Both the position numbers and the translations under genes were made by a program. A stretch of DNA of 64,000 bases from Candidatus Latescibacterota bacterium (GTDB lineage: Bacteria > Latescibacterota > UBA2968 > UBA8231), in contig OZ220089.1 of NCBI GenBank assembly GCA_964291625.2, forward strand, positions 3,392,001 to 3,456,000, written 5' to 3'. The notes under the pieces were generated by a model. The model saw nothing but the letters and a program-made list of their open reading frames with translations. It was not told the DNA's origin and did no database searches. Below, in pieces: positions 49,825-59,829 of the stretch (its first letter is position 1; the number at the start of each line of letters is the position of its first letter).

Positions 49825-50058
49825 GGCTGAAACTCCTCGTGGACATGAACTTTGTCACCCGAATGGGTACCCGCTCTGAGTAAGCACGGATGGCAGGCCG
49901 TGCACTGGTCTACGGTGGGCGGTCCCAGGGCGAGCGACATGGACATCATGGGTTGGGCGGCTGCTCACCAATACGTCGTGTTCACTCACGATCTGGACTT
50001 TGGCACCATGCTGGCGCTCTCCCATGAGGCGGGGCCGAGTGTTGCCAATGTGATGTGA
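49821..50058 (+). pseudogene. DUF5615 PIN-like toxin, frameshifted (about 49851) and truncated
   Basis: MRLKLLVDMN then, in another frame, LSPEWV...AVHWSTVG...VFTHDLDFG..LA...GPSV followed by an early stop. Confidence 0.8.
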
Positions 50059-50172
50059 GGTTGCCGCAAGAGTGACCCGCAAGACGTCTTGGTCAGCAGG
50101 GGCCACCCCAGTGTCCCGGACTAGGCGTCAACGCCTTGGCTGATGCGCGAGTCTAACGCGAGGAGGATTCAC

Positions 50173-50324
50173 TTGAATCGGACATACACCGCCATTATTC
50201 AGCACCGCGACGGTTGGTGGATAGGTTGGGCCAAGGAAGTCAGGGGAGTGAACGCTCAGGAGAGGACCCGTGCAGAGCTTCTTGTCAGCCTCCGGTGCGC
50301 CTTTGAGGATATTCTGGTGACTAC
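50173..50324 (+). pseudogene. HicB-like antitoxin, 3'-truncated
   Basis: GAGGAGG RBS; NRTYTAII...GWWIGWAKEV.GVNAQERTR.EL..SL. Confidence 0.7.
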
Positions 50325-50408
50325 CAAACTTCCGTGCCTCGACACACGGAGATAAACGAGATTCTCGTACGCAAGATATGCTCAGACCTCGGCATTCCTA
50401 TCCCATAG
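50325..50408 (+). pseudogene. C-terminal remnant of a HicA toxin
   Basis: QTSVPRHTEINEILVRKICSDLGIPIP* (VPRH...ICxxLGI) with no N-terminal half. Confidence 0.7.
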
Positions 50409-50429
50409 CCCCCTGAGTATCGGTTACAT

Positions 50430-50496
50430 GACCTCGACCCTCGTGCCCTGCAGGTGGTCTGCGACCGCGAGGAGATCTCCCTCGACGAGGCCCTGG
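50430..50496 (+). repeat. Degenerate internal copy of ackA (49047-49113)
   Basis: GACCTCGACCC...GCCCTGCAGGTGGTCTGCGACCGCGAGG.GATCTCCCTCGACGAGGCCCTGG, near-identical. Confidence 0.9.
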
Positions 50497-50534
50497 CCCT
50501 GCGCCCTACCGGATCTTCTGTAAGGAGAGAACCC

Positions 50535-53075
50535 GTGTTGCATCGCTCTACTGCAATCTCCTGCCTCACATGCATACTCGCCCTCGCAACCGCTGCCGCG
50601 GCCATCGAGGAGGCGTCCCTGCCTGCCGTCTGGCAGGTCAAGCTCGATCCTGATGATGTGGGCCTGAAGGAACGGTGGAACGCCGCCGACCTCGATGACA
50701 GCGACTGGACCGCGCTGCGCACGGACGACTGGGAGGGTTGGGAGAATCAGGGGCTGATCGCAGAGTCCGACTATGGCTGGTACCGCGTCCGCTACGAGGT
50801 ACCCATGGCGCTCGAAAGCAGGAAGCACGTCTACCTGTACTTCAACTGCGTGGACGAGCAGGCCTGGGTCTGGTTGAACGGCCAGGAAGTGGGAGAGCAT
50901 ACGTTCGTCAGCGAGGGACTGGTGGGCTCAGAGAGCGAGAGACGTGACGGCATGTGGGCCGCCCCCTTCGCCCTGGAGATCCAGGAGCACCTGCGCGGAC
51001 GGGAACCCGACGCGTTCGCGGTGCGAGTGAAACGCGGCGGGGACGCCGGGGGCGGCGTCTGGAAACCGGTCTACCTGTTTGCCAGTGATACGCCGTTGGA
51101 ACTCGGCGAGATGACCTCGCGCGCCGATGAGATGAATGCCCGCACCCTCGAGGCCAAGGAGCCGACGGTGCAATACGAGGTCTGGACGACGAACCCGTAC
51201 GATCCGATCTATCCGGATACGGAGGGCACGGGTCCGGTGAGGATCGAACAGAAGGGTGTCGGCGCCTCACATGCCCACAGCCTCACGGACACAATTCGCG
51301 CCAGCGGCACCTGCGGGGAGTACGTGCCCTTGGCCATCCACGTGCGCAACCACGGCGATGCCACGCTCCCGGTACGTTTCGACCTGGCCGGCGTCGGTCA
51401 CGAACAGACCGGGCTGCGGTTGCGCACAGATCGCGTGCAGGTCCATCTCGTGGACTACATCCTTACTCGTCGCAAGAAGCTGGTCCCTGATCCACTGCCG
51501 CGAGCCGACGGCGCCAATGGCTTGCGCCTCGGCCCCGGGGAGACGGGCAGTCTCTTCGTTCTGGTCGACACGCGCGGCATGCCGGCCGGTCCATGGAAGG
51601 GCCGCGTGCGTTTCACTCCCTTGCGCAGCGGCCCCAAGCTGGAGATCCCCTTCGAGCTGGATGTGGCCCCGGTCGTTCTGCCGCAGCGGGTGCCGATCTG
51701 GGTCACGTTCTGGTCGTACTCGCCGTCCCATGGCTGGATGTCCGAGGGCCGGGGCAGGAACAAGCCCTACATGGACCTGATGCGGCGAGCGGGCACGAAC
51801 GTGGTGCAGATGTCCTACCGGGACGGGGCACCGCAACCGATCCTGGATGAGAACGACGAGATCGTGGGAATAAAGGTCGACGAGTTCGACCGGATGATGC
51901 TTCGCCGTGAGTTCACCCATCACGACTATCTCGTCGTCGGGCTCACGATCCGTCGCGGGACGAAGCGCTGGGGACCGAACTTTCTCGAAGCCGGGCACGA
52001 TCAGTGGAAACGGAACTTCGTCGCGTACACGAGGATGCTCGCACGACACATCCGCGGCAACTACGGCCTGGCCGACGATCGATGGGGCCTGTACCTGAAT
52101 GACGAGCACATCGGTGACGACTTTCTGCCCCTCGGGAAGCTGGTGCGGCAGGCCGACGGGCGCATTCAGATCTGGGCCAACCGGATCGAGGATCTCGAGA
52201 CCACGAAGAGGGCCGAACCGTACATCGACGTGATCGTTCCCTACAGTCCGTGGCTCTCGAAGGAGGGGCTCGGGTTCGGCCGCAATGGCGAGGCCGAGAA
52301 GTTCTTCTTGGAAACGGGCAAACCCTGGTGGGCCTACCGGCACGCCTTCTGGACCAGCCCCGAGCGCACCGCCATACCGCGCGCCAACCCGAAGTCGCCC
52401 CACGACATGCTGCGCAGCCGCCCCTGGCTGGCCTGGAAGCTTGGACTCGACGGATACGGTTTCTGGGTCTTCACCGCGCCGCGGTGGTGGGGACGCTACG
52501 ATGGATTCCCCGACGTCGCCCCGAAAGGGCCCTACACCAATGTCGGCTTCATCTACATGGGACACGATGGCCCCATCACCAGCCGGCGATTGGAGGCCTA
52601 CCGCGATGGATGGGAAGACTACAAGCTGCTCTGGATCGTGAAGCAGGCGGCTCAGATCGAGGGCCAGGACCCGCGGTTGGCCCGACAGGCCCTCGATGAG
52701 ATCGATTCGGCGGTTGAACGCGTACTGGCGGGCGCAAGCCAGGACGAGCTTCGACAGATGAGGCAGAGACTCATGGAGCACGCCGTTCAACTGGCGGAAG
52801 CGGAACCTCTGAGCGCCATGATCACCGACGTGGAGACAACGCGCCACAGCGCCGTGGTCCGACTCTCGGCGTCCCAGCCGGCGCGAGTCTGGACCTGGGT
52901 CAACCGCGGCCGCAATCACCGCCGATTCATCGACACATCGCGCCAGACACACACGCCGAGTGTGACGATCGACAATCTCGTGCCCGGTGAACGATGCCAG
53001 CTCACCTTCGTCGTCGGCGGCCCCCACGGCCAGCAGAGGGTGCTGCGGCACGAGGTGGTCACCCAGGGCTGGTAG
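50535..53075 (+). CDS. Secreted carbohydrate-active protein (GH2-type sugar-binding N-domain; DUF4091/GH123-like C-region)
   Basis: AAGGAG RBS, signal peptide; GYGWYR-like YGWYR...LYFNCVDEQAWVWLNGQEVGEH...GGVWKPV; PITSRRLEAYRDGWEDY. Confidence 0.7.
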   Translation: MLHRSTAISCLTCILALATAAAAIEEASLPAVWQVKLDPDDVGLKERWNAADLDDSDWTALRTDDWEGWENQGLIAESDYGWYRVRYEVPMALESRKHVYLYFNCVDEQAWVWLNGQEVGEHTFVSEGLVGSESERRDGMWAAPFALEIQEHLRGREPDAFAVRVKRGGDAGGGVWKPVYLFASDTPLELGEMTSRADEMNARTLEAKEPTVQYEVWTTNPYDPIYPDTEGTGPVRIEQKGVGASHAHSLTDTIRASGTCGEYVPLAIHVRNHGDATLPVRFDLAGVGHEQTGLRLRTDRVQVHLVDYILTRRKKLVPDPLPRADGANGLRLGPGETGSLFVLVDTRGMPAGPWKGRVRFTPLRSGPKLEIPFELDVAPVVLPQRVPIWVTFWSYSPSHGWMSEGRGRNKPYMDLMRRAGTNVVQMSYRDGAPQPILDENDEIVGIKVDEFDRMMLRREFTHHDYLVVGLTIRRGTKRWGPNFLEAGHDQWKRNFVAYTRMLARHIRGNYGLADDRWGLYLNDEHIGDDFLPLGKLVRQADGRIQIWANRIEDLETTKRAEPYIDVIVPYSPWLSKEGLGFGRNGEAEKFFLETGKPWWAYRHAFWTSPERTAIPRANPKSPHDMLRSRPWLAWKLGLDGYGFWVFTAPRWWGRYDGFPDVAPKGPYTNVGFIYMGHDGPITSRRLEAYRDGWEDYKLLWIVKQAAQIEGQDPRLARQALDEIDSAVERVLAGASQDELRQMRQRLMEHAVQLAEAEPLSAMITDVETTRHSAVVRLSASQPARVWTWVNRGRNHRRFIDTSRQTHTPSVTIDNLVPGERCQLTFVVGGPHGQQRVLRHEVVTQGW

Positions 53076-53153
53076 CACTCACTCTCCTCACCAGGGTCAT
53101 ATCGCCGACGCAGCTCGGCGAACGGGAACTGGACGAGGGAAGGGGCATCGGTA

Positions 53154-54215
53154 TTGATTGCACGGTGGATTGAAAGCAAGTATGGAGCCATTCGCGCAAG
53201 TGGGGCACATCCCCACAAGCCACGGTTCAACAACGCCAATCGCTTTGCCCGCATCCTGTACCGTCTTGGCGCCTATCGCAGGATAAGCACCCTTATGCTC
53301 CGCCGGGGCATCTCGCCTCGCCACCTCCTGCGAACCCAGTTTCCCCGACTCGCTGGTTTCCCTCGATGCCCCTTGGTTGTTTCCCTTGAACTCACCAATC
53401 ACTGCAATCTCCGCTGTGTCTATTGTACGAGCCCGGTAAGCCAGCGACCTCGAGGCTTGATGGACCAAGCCACCTTCAGCAGGACACTATCCGGGATTCG
53501 CATGCTCGGCGTTGACCGCGTCAGACTGGTCGGCAATGGGGAGCCAACACTCCATCCGGATCTGGGCTCCTTTGTCCAGGAGCTGGCCCGCACGGCCCCC
53601 TTTGTCTCCGTCGTCACGAACGGGCAATGGATACATCCGGCGCGAACCATTTCAGCCCTTTTGGACGGCCCCCTGGACATGGTTGAAGTGTCCGTCGACT
53701 CCTCGAACAGGGCAGGCTATGAGTCATCGCGTCCAGGTGGCAGTTTTGAGCGCCTTCTGCGCAATCTATTGGCCCTTCGAGAGGCCATAGACAACCGCCC
53801 CTGCCGCACTCTCGTCAACCTGAGATTGATGACACGACCAACTGAGAGAGGGATGGAAGGGGACCTGAGGGCCTTCTGGCGTCGATACGCGGATACGGTG
53901 ATGCTGCAGCCCGTTGTCGAGCGCACGACACAACCCGCTGTGAAGGACATGTACCGGCCAGTCCAATTCGACCAACGATCCTATCCTGCCTGTTCCCTGC
54001 CCTTCAAGGAACTTCAAGTGAACTGGAACGGCGACGTTCCACTCTGCGCCCTGTCGGCACAGCAGCTGCCGCCAGTGGGCCTGATCGTTGGCAATGTCAT
54101 GGAACAGACCCTTCACGAACTCTGGAATCACAGCCTCATGGAACAGTATCGACAAGGCCATCGCGACCGCGACTGCCAAAAAATGGAAATCTGTGAGGGC
54201 TGCTCCGGGGTATAG
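53154..54215 (+). CDS. Radical SAM protein with SPASM/twitch domain, low GC
   Basis: ELTNHCNLRCVYC, GNGEPTLHP, TNG, C..PF....VNWNGDVPLC...GN...C..C..C; start uncertain. Confidence 0.88.
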   Translation: MIARWIESKYGAIRASGAHPHKPRFNNANRFARILYRLGAYRRISTLMLRRGISPRHLLRTQFPRLAGFPRCPLVVSLELTNHCNLRCVYCTSPVSQRPRGLMDQATFSRTLSGIRMLGVDRVRLVGNGEPTLHPDLGSFVQELARTAPFVSVVTNGQWIHPARTISALLDGPLDMVEVSVDSSNRAGYESSRPGGSFERLLRNLLALREAIDNRPCRTLVNLRLMTRPTERGMEGDLRAFWRRYADTVMLQPVVERTTQPAVKDMYRPVQFDQRSYPACSLPFKELQVNWNGDVPLCALSAQQLPPVGLIVGNVMEQTLHELWNHSLMEQYRQGHRDRDCQKMEICEGCSGV

Positions 54216-54232
54216 GGCCCCGCCTCCGGGAA

Positions 54233-54459
54233 GTGCTGGCGGGCCTGGAGTTCCTGGGATCGAGCTGGACCCGGCCCGGAACGGGGCCGTCCTCGGCGAG
54301 GGGCACCTGGGCGCCCGCAGCCGGGTGCGCCTGGATCCGCTGCGCCCCGACGCGCAGCGGATCCAGACCTCCGAGCGGTTCACCGGCTGAGACACCGCCG
54401 CGGACCGGCCTTCGCCTCCGGGCGGGGCCGGGCACGGTCCCTTATCTTGCAGTGACCGC
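54233..54459 (+). repeat. Degenerate copy of the ackA 3' end and downstream intergenic region (49344-49579)
   Basis: GTGCTGGCGGGCCTGGAGTTCCT...TGGACCCGG...CAGACCT.CGAGC...GGCTGAG...CCCTTATCTTG(C)AGTGACCGC. Confidence 0.88.
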
Positions 54460-54512
54460 CCGGGGGCCTCCCGGGACACAGGCCCCCGCCCCCCTTCCGC
54501 GCCATCAGACCC

Positions 54513-57449
54513 GTGAGCGACTCGCCCCCCGCACCCGCCCCGCGCCGCACCCGCCTCGGCCCCCTGCAGAGGCGGCTGCTGCTGGTCGTCGTCGGCCTCG
54601 GCGTGCTGATGCTGGCCGACACCCTCTACCTGCTCGCCAACCGCGCCGCCGACGCCCTCGGCATCGACTACTTCGCGGTCACCGATCTCTCCCTGCCCCG
54701 GTTCTACCAGTCCATGGTGATCTCCCACACGGTGGGCGGCATCGTGCTGGTGATCCTGGCCCTGGCCTTCGTCGAGTGGCACCTGCCCACGGTCTGGCGA
54801 CGCCACCGCCGGCGGGCGATCTACACCGGCCTGGTCTCGGTCACCCTGGGGGTGACGCTGCTGGTGACGGGCCTGTTCATCCTCACCGAGGCCAACAGCC
54901 GCGACAACGCCTGGGCCTGGTGGTGCCACGTGGCGGCGGCGGCGGCCCTGCCCGTCTTCTACCTGGCCCACCGGCGCATCTCGATCTGGAAGCCCTCGGC
55001 CCGCAGCTACCGCGTCGTGCCCCTGGCCACGGCCGGGCTGGCGGGGCTGGCGATCGTCGTCCACGGCCTCACCTACGACCGCGAGGACTACACCGAGGCG
55101 GCCGAGGAGGCCTTCGCCAGCGGCACCCACACCGGCCCCGGGTCGCGGCAGCGCCAAACCCGCGGCGGGCCGACGGAGTTCGTGCCCGCCAACTTCGTCC
55201 CCTTCGAGAGCCCCTTCTTCCCCGCCGCCACGACGACGACCACGGGCAGCTACCTGCCGTCGCGGATCATCACCCGCGGCGGCCTGCCGCCGCAGGAGTT
55301 CCTCGACCGCGAGGTCGAGCAGCAGGGCTTCGTCGTCAGCGAGAGGCTGGGGGCCTTCGACTGCCAGCGCTGCCACGCCGCGGTGGTCGCCCAGTGGGCA
55401 ACCTCGGCCCACCGCTTCGCCTCCTTCAACAACCCCTTCTACGAGGCGACGATCAACGACATGCGGGAGCGCTCCACCTCCCTCAACGCCGAGGTGGAGG
55501 CCCACATCGACCACTTCTCGCGGCTCGACCCGGAGCGGGGGGGCCAGGACCTGGAGGGGCGCCAGGCGCTGGTGAAGTCGAAGTGGTGCTCCGGCTGCCA
55601 CGACCCGGCGCTGATGCTGGCCGGCGGGATGACGGAGGAGATCGACCGGCGCACGCCCCAGGCGCAGGCGGGCCTGACCTGCCTGGCGTGCCACGCCATC
55701 GACCACATCCACGGGGTCACGGGCAACGCCGACTACAACATCGCCGACCACCAGGAGGACCCCTACCTGTTCGCCGACACCGAGCACGGCATCCTGCGGC
55801 TGCTCCACGACACGGCCCTCAAGGCGCGGCCGGCGGTCCACAAGCGGCAGATGCTCAAGCCCTTCTTCCAGACCTCCGAGTACTGCGCCACCTGCCACAA
55901 GGTCAGCCTCGACACCCGCGTCAACGGCTACCGCTGGCTGCGGGGCCAGGACGAGTACGACAACTGGCACGACAGCGGCGTCGCCCTCAACGCCTCGCGC
56001 ACCTTCTACCGGCCCGGGTACCGGCGCCTCTGCCAGGACTGCCACATGCCCCTGGAGGAGGCCGTCGAGGGGGACGTGTCGGCCAGGGACGGGTACGTGC
56101 GCTCCCACCGGTTCCTGGCGGTCAACACGGCCCTGCCCTTCCTGCGCGGGGACCGCGACACGATCGAGCGCATCGAGGCCTTCCTGCGCGACGCCAAGCT
56201 GCGCGTCGATATCGCCGCCCTGCGCCGGACCGACGGCGGCGTCGACTATCAGCCGGCGCTGGCGCCGCCGGCCGTGCGCCCCGGCGAGCGCCTGGAGCTC
56301 GACGTGGCGGTGCGCAACCTCGGCGTGGGCCACACCTTCCCGGGGGGCACCAACGACTCCAACGAGGGCTGGCTGGAGATCACGATCGCCGACGGCGGGG
56401 GGCGGGTGCTGGCGCGCAGCGGCTCGATCGGAGCGGACGGCCACGTCGACCCGGCGGCCCACTTCTACAAGGCCCTCCTCGTCGACGCCGAGGGGCAGGC
56501 GATCCACCGCCGCAACGCCCAGGACATCCACGCGCCGGTCTACGTGCGCACCATCGGCCCGGGGGCGGCGGACGTGGCCCATTACGGATTCACCGTGCCG
56601 GACGACTACGCCGGGGGGCCGTTGACGGTCACGGCGCGCCTGCTGTGGCGCAAGTTCGACCGCGCCTACACGGAGTTCGCCTTCCACGCCAACCGGGAGG
56701 GGTTCCGGCCCTTCGACGAGGTGCCCGACCTGCCGGTGACCGAGATCGCCTCCCACACCCTCACCCTGCCCCTCGAGGGCGGGGACCCGGCGCCGGCGGC
56801 CGACCCCGGGCCCGACGCCTGGCAGCGGCTCAACGACTACGGCATCGGCCTGCTGCTGCAGGGGGACACACGCGGGGCCACGGCCGCCTTCGCCGAGCTG
56901 GCGCGGCTGCACCCGGAGCGCGTGGACGGGCCCCGCAACATGGCGCGGGCGGCCCTGGCCGACGGCGACATCGAGGGCGCTTACGGGCTGCTGCGGCGCT
57001 GCGAGGAGCTGGCCCCCGCCGACGCCCAGACCGCCTGGGTGTGGGGCGTGGCCCACCAGAAGAGCGGCCGCTACGCCGACGCCGAGCTGGCCTACCGCCA
57101 CGTGCTGGAGAGTTTCCCCGACGACCGCGCGGCGTGGCGCAACCTCGGCCGCGTCCTCTACCTCGACGGCCGCTTCGAGCAGGCCCTGGAGGCCCTGGAC
57201 CAGACCCTGCGGATCGACCCCGAGGACCGCGTCGCCCACTACCACCGCATGCTCTGCCTGCGCAGCCTCGGCCGGCAGGCCGAAGCGGAGGCCGCCGAGC
57301 AGGCCTACGAGTACTACCAGATCGACGAGTCGGCCCAGGCCGTGACCCGCCGGTACCGCCTGAGCCACCCCCACGACAACCTCGAGACCCAGCCGATCCA
57401 TGTGCACGAGCTGACGCCCCCGGAGGCCGGCGCCGGGGGCGGGGCCTGA
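54513..57449 (+). CDS. Membrane-bound multiheme c-type cytochrome with C-terminal TPRs
   Basis: About five N-terminal TM helices with His; five CxxCH motifs (CQRCH, CSGCH, CLACH, CATCH, CQDCH); GVGHTFPGGT.D; TPR tail. Confidence 0.85.
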   Translation: MSDSPPAPAPRRTRLGPLQRRLLLVVVGLGVLMLADTLYLLANRAADALGIDYFAVTDLSLPRFYQSMVISHTVGGIVLVILALAFVEWHLPTVWRRHRRRAIYTGLVSVTLGVTLLVTGLFILTEANSRDNAWAWWCHVAAAAALPVFYLAHRRISIWKPSARSYRVVPLATAGLAGLAIVVHGLTYDREDYTEAAEEAFASGTHTGPGSRQRQTRGGPTEFVPANFVPFESPFFPAATTTTTGSYLPSRIITRGGLPPQEFLDREVEQQGFVVSERLGAFDCQRCHAAVVAQWATSAHRFASFNNPFYEATINDMRERSTSLNAEVEAHIDHFSRLDPERGGQDLEGRQALVKSKWCSGCHDPALMLAGGMTEEIDRRTPQAQAGLTCLACHAIDHIHGVTGNADYNIADHQEDPYLFADTEHGILRLLHDTALKARPAVHKRQMLKPFFQTSEYCATCHKVSLDTRVNGYRWLRGQDEYDNWHDSGVALNASRTFYRPGYRRLCQDCHMPLEEAVEGDVSARDGYVRSHRFLAVNTALPFLRGDRDTIERIEAFLRDAKLRVDIAALRRTDGGVDYQPALAPPAVRPGERLELDVAVRNLGVGHTFPGGTNDSNEGWLEITIADGGGRVLARSGSIGADGHVDPAAHFYKALLVDAEGQAIHRRNAQDIHAPVYVRTIGPGAADVAHYGFTVPDDYAGGPLTVTARLLWRKFDRAYTEFAFHANREGFRPFDEVPDLPVTEIASHTLTLPLEGGDPAPAADPGPDAWQRLNDYGIGLLLQGDTRGATAAFAELARLHPERVDGPRNMARAALADGDIEGAYGLLRRCEELAPADAQTAWVWGVAHQKSGRYADAELAYRHVLESFPDDRAAWRNLGRVLYLDGRFEQALEALDQTLRIDPEDRVAHYHRMLCLRSLGRQAEAEAAEQAYEYYQIDESAQAVTRRYRLSHPHDNLETQPIHVHELTPPEAGAGGGA

Positions 57450-59242
57450 TGGCCGGGCGTCTCCGCCTGCGGCGGCTGGTCCCGGCGGCGCTGCTGCTGG
57501 CCGCGTGCGCCGAGGAGGCCCCGGAGGTCGCCCCGGAGCCGCCGGCCTACTCGCGCCCCACCCCGGACTACGCCCGGGCCGAAGACGCACCGACCCCGCC
57601 GGCGGTGACCTTCACCGAGACCGCGGCGGCCTCGGGCCTGACCTTCCGCCACGAGACCGGCGCCTTCGGCGAGAAGTGGATGCCCGAGACGATGGGATCC
57701 GGCTGCGCCCTCCACGACCTCGACGGCGACGGCGACGACGACGCCCTGCTGGTGAACGGCGCCTGGTGGCCGGGCCACGAGGGCGAGGGGGCTCCGCCGA
57801 CCTCGGCCCTGTTCGCCAACGACGGCGCCGGCTCCTTCACCGACGTCACCTCCGGCTCGGGCGTCGACGTGAGCGTCTACGGCATGGGGGTGACCGCCGC
57901 CGACTACGACGGCGACGGCGACGCCGACCTCTACCTGACGACCCTGGGCGACAACCTGCTGCTGCGCCAGGACCGCCCCCTCGGGTTCACCGACGCGGCG
58001 GCGCAGGCCGGGGTGGCGGGGGAGACCTGGACCGACGAGGAAGGCCGCCGGCACCCGGAGTGGTCCACGGGGGCGGCCTGGGCCGACGTCGACGCCGACG
58101 GGAGCCCCGACCTGCTGGTGACCAACTACGTGCACTGGTCGCGGGAGAACGACCTCTACGCCAGCTTCGACGGCAAGAGCAAGTCGTACGCCACGCCCCA
58201 GCAGTACACGGGCTCGACGCCGCGCCTCTACCGCAACCGCGGCGACGGCGGCTTCACCGACATCACCGCCCAGGCGGGGCTGCTGCTGCCCCACGCCAAG
58301 TCGATGGGGGTGGCCGCCGACGACTTCGACGCCGACGGCCGCGTCGACCTGGTGATCACCAACGACACGCAGCCCAACTTCCTGCTGCGCAACCTCGGGG
58401 GCGGCCGCTTCGAGGAGGTCGGCACGGCGGCCGGCATCGGCTACGACGAGTCGGGCCGGGCCCGGGCCGGCATGGGCGTGGACGTGGCCGACCTGGCCGG
58501 CGACGGGGTGCTGGCCATCGGCATCGGCAACTTCAGCCGCGAGGCCGTCTCCCTCTACCGGCAGACGGCGGCGGGGGGCACCGTCTTCCTCGACGGCGCC
58601 GGCAAGAGCCGCCTCGTGGAGCCGACCCTGCCGACCCTGACCTTCGGCCTGCGGTTCTTCGACTACGACCTCGACGGCCGCCAGGACCTGGTCCTGGCCA
58701 ACGGCCACATCGAGCCCGAGATCAACGCCGTGCAGCGCGAGATCGCCTACGCCCAGCCGCCGCAGCTGTTCTGGAACGACGGCCGGGGGAGGCTGGTCGA
58801 CGCGAGCGCCGGGGCCGGACCGGCGCTGGCCGAGCCCCTGGTGGGCCGCGGCCTGGCCGTGGGCGACATGGAGGGCGACGGCGACCCCGACGTGCTGATC
58901 ACCACCAACGGCGGCGCTCCCCGGCTGCTGCGCAACGACCTGGAGGGCGGGAAGGCGCTGGTCCTGCGCCTGCGGGGGCGATCCCCGGGAGCCGACGCCC
59001 TGGGCGCGGTGGTGACCGTGCGCGCCGGCGGGCGGACCCAGTCGCTGCGGGTGCGCACGGGATCGTCCTACCTGAGCCAGAGCGCCCGAGAGCTGACCTT
59101 CGGCCTGGGCGAGGCGGAGGCGGCCGAGGCGGTGACGGTGCGCTGGCCGGACGGGGCGGTGGACGAGCTGGGGGCGCTGGAGGCGGGGGGGTATGCGGTG
59201 GAGGTGGGAGGGGTGGTGGGGGGCGATCGCGGAGATCCCTGA
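57449..59242 (+). CDS. CRTAC1 family lipoprotein (FG-GAP plus ASPIC/UnbV)
   Basis: LLLAAC lipobox; MPETMGSG; DxDGDG repeats; GSSYLSQS..LTFGLG...VRWPDG; TGATG coupling to the cytochrome gene. Confidence 0.9.
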   Translation: MAGRLRLRRLVPAALLLAACAEEAPEVAPEPPAYSRPTPDYARAEDAPTPPAVTFTETAAASGLTFRHETGAFGEKWMPETMGSGCALHDLDGDGDDDALLVNGAWWPGHEGEGAPPTSALFANDGAGSFTDVTSGSGVDVSVYGMGVTAADYDGDGDADLYLTTLGDNLLLRQDRPLGFTDAAAQAGVAGETWTDEEGRRHPEWSTGAAWADVDADGSPDLLVTNYVHWSRENDLYASFDGKSKSYATPQQYTGSTPRLYRNRGDGGFTDITAQAGLLLPHAKSMGVAADDFDADGRVDLVITNDTQPNFLLRNLGGGRFEEVGTAAGIGYDESGRARAGMGVDVADLAGDGVLAIGIGNFSREAVSLYRQTAAGGTVFLDGAGKSRLVEPTLPTLTFGLRFFDYDLDGRQDLVLANGHIEPEINAVQREIAYAQPPQLFWNDGRGRLVDASAGAGPALAEPLVGRGLAVGDMEGDGDPDVLITTNGGAPRLLRNDLEGGKALVLRLRGRSPGADALGAVVTVRAGGRTQSLRVRTGSSYLSQSARELTFGLGEAEAAEAVTVRWPDGAVDELGALEAGGYAVEVGGVVGGDRGDP

Positions 59243-59249
59243 CTCAACG

Positions 59250-59786
59250 TCAGAGGGTTCCTCGCTCCAATTCCCCACACAGACCAGGAATGCTGATGCT
59301 GCTCCAGCATTTCTGTGTCAGGAGTGAGCCCTGAGGAGGGAACGCCCCGTGTACGACCTTGATGCCGCGGGTTCCCAGAAACTCGGCCACCGGTACCAGG
59401 TCTTGGTCGGAGGTAACCAGTACGGCGATGTCATAGTTGTCCGCCCAGGCGAGACTGATCATGTCCGTTGCCATACGAACGTCAACACCCTTCTCCTCCG
59501 TGCCCCGCATGGTCGCCCCGCATCGGGGACAGGTGGCTATCTCCCCATGGCAAGTCGGGCAGCTTGGTGGCGACCGCCTCTTTTGCCGAGGAACCATCGA
59601 GACACTCACACCGGGAAAGGAGTTCACTACCGTCGTTGCCCACCGATGCAGATTCCGATCCCCTTCCCGGTCAGGGTTGAAGGATCCGTAGAAGTTCAAC
59701 CCTTGATACTGCTCCGTTGCGTGCAGGAAATCGACGAATACCCGTACACGGTGGCCTCGACCATGTGCGGGCTCATCGGCGTTCAA
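59250..59786 (-). CDS. NYN (LabA/DUF88) nuclease with Zn-ribbon insert, possibly internally deleted
   Basis: RVRVFVDF, CPTC..CPRC, EEKGVDVRMATDMI, VLVTSDQDLVP; TTG 59786 start tentative. Confidence 0.75.
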   Translation of the reverse strand: MNADEPAHGRGHRVRVFVDFLHATEQYQGLNFYGSFNPDREGDRNLHRWATTVVNSFPGVSVSMVPRQKRRSPPSCPTCHGEIATCPRCGATMRGTEEKGVDVRMATDMISLAWADNYDIAVLVTSDQDLVPVAEFLGTRGIKVVHGAFPPQGSLLTQKCWSSISIPGLCGELERGTL

Positions 59787-59801
59787 GTCGCCATCCAGAA
59801 C

Positions 59802-59829
59802 AAGAAAAGGGACGCCGGAAGGCGTCCCT
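59802..59829 (-). terminator. Intrinsic terminator-like hairpin just upstream of the NYN gene
   Basis: Minus strand AGGGACGCC-TTCC-GGCGTCCCT followed by TTTCTT. Confidence 0.65.

Noticed and set aside
53076-53153. RiPP precursor next to the radical SAM/SPASM gene
   Set aside because: No credible small ORF with RBS, and no PqqD or peptidase gene
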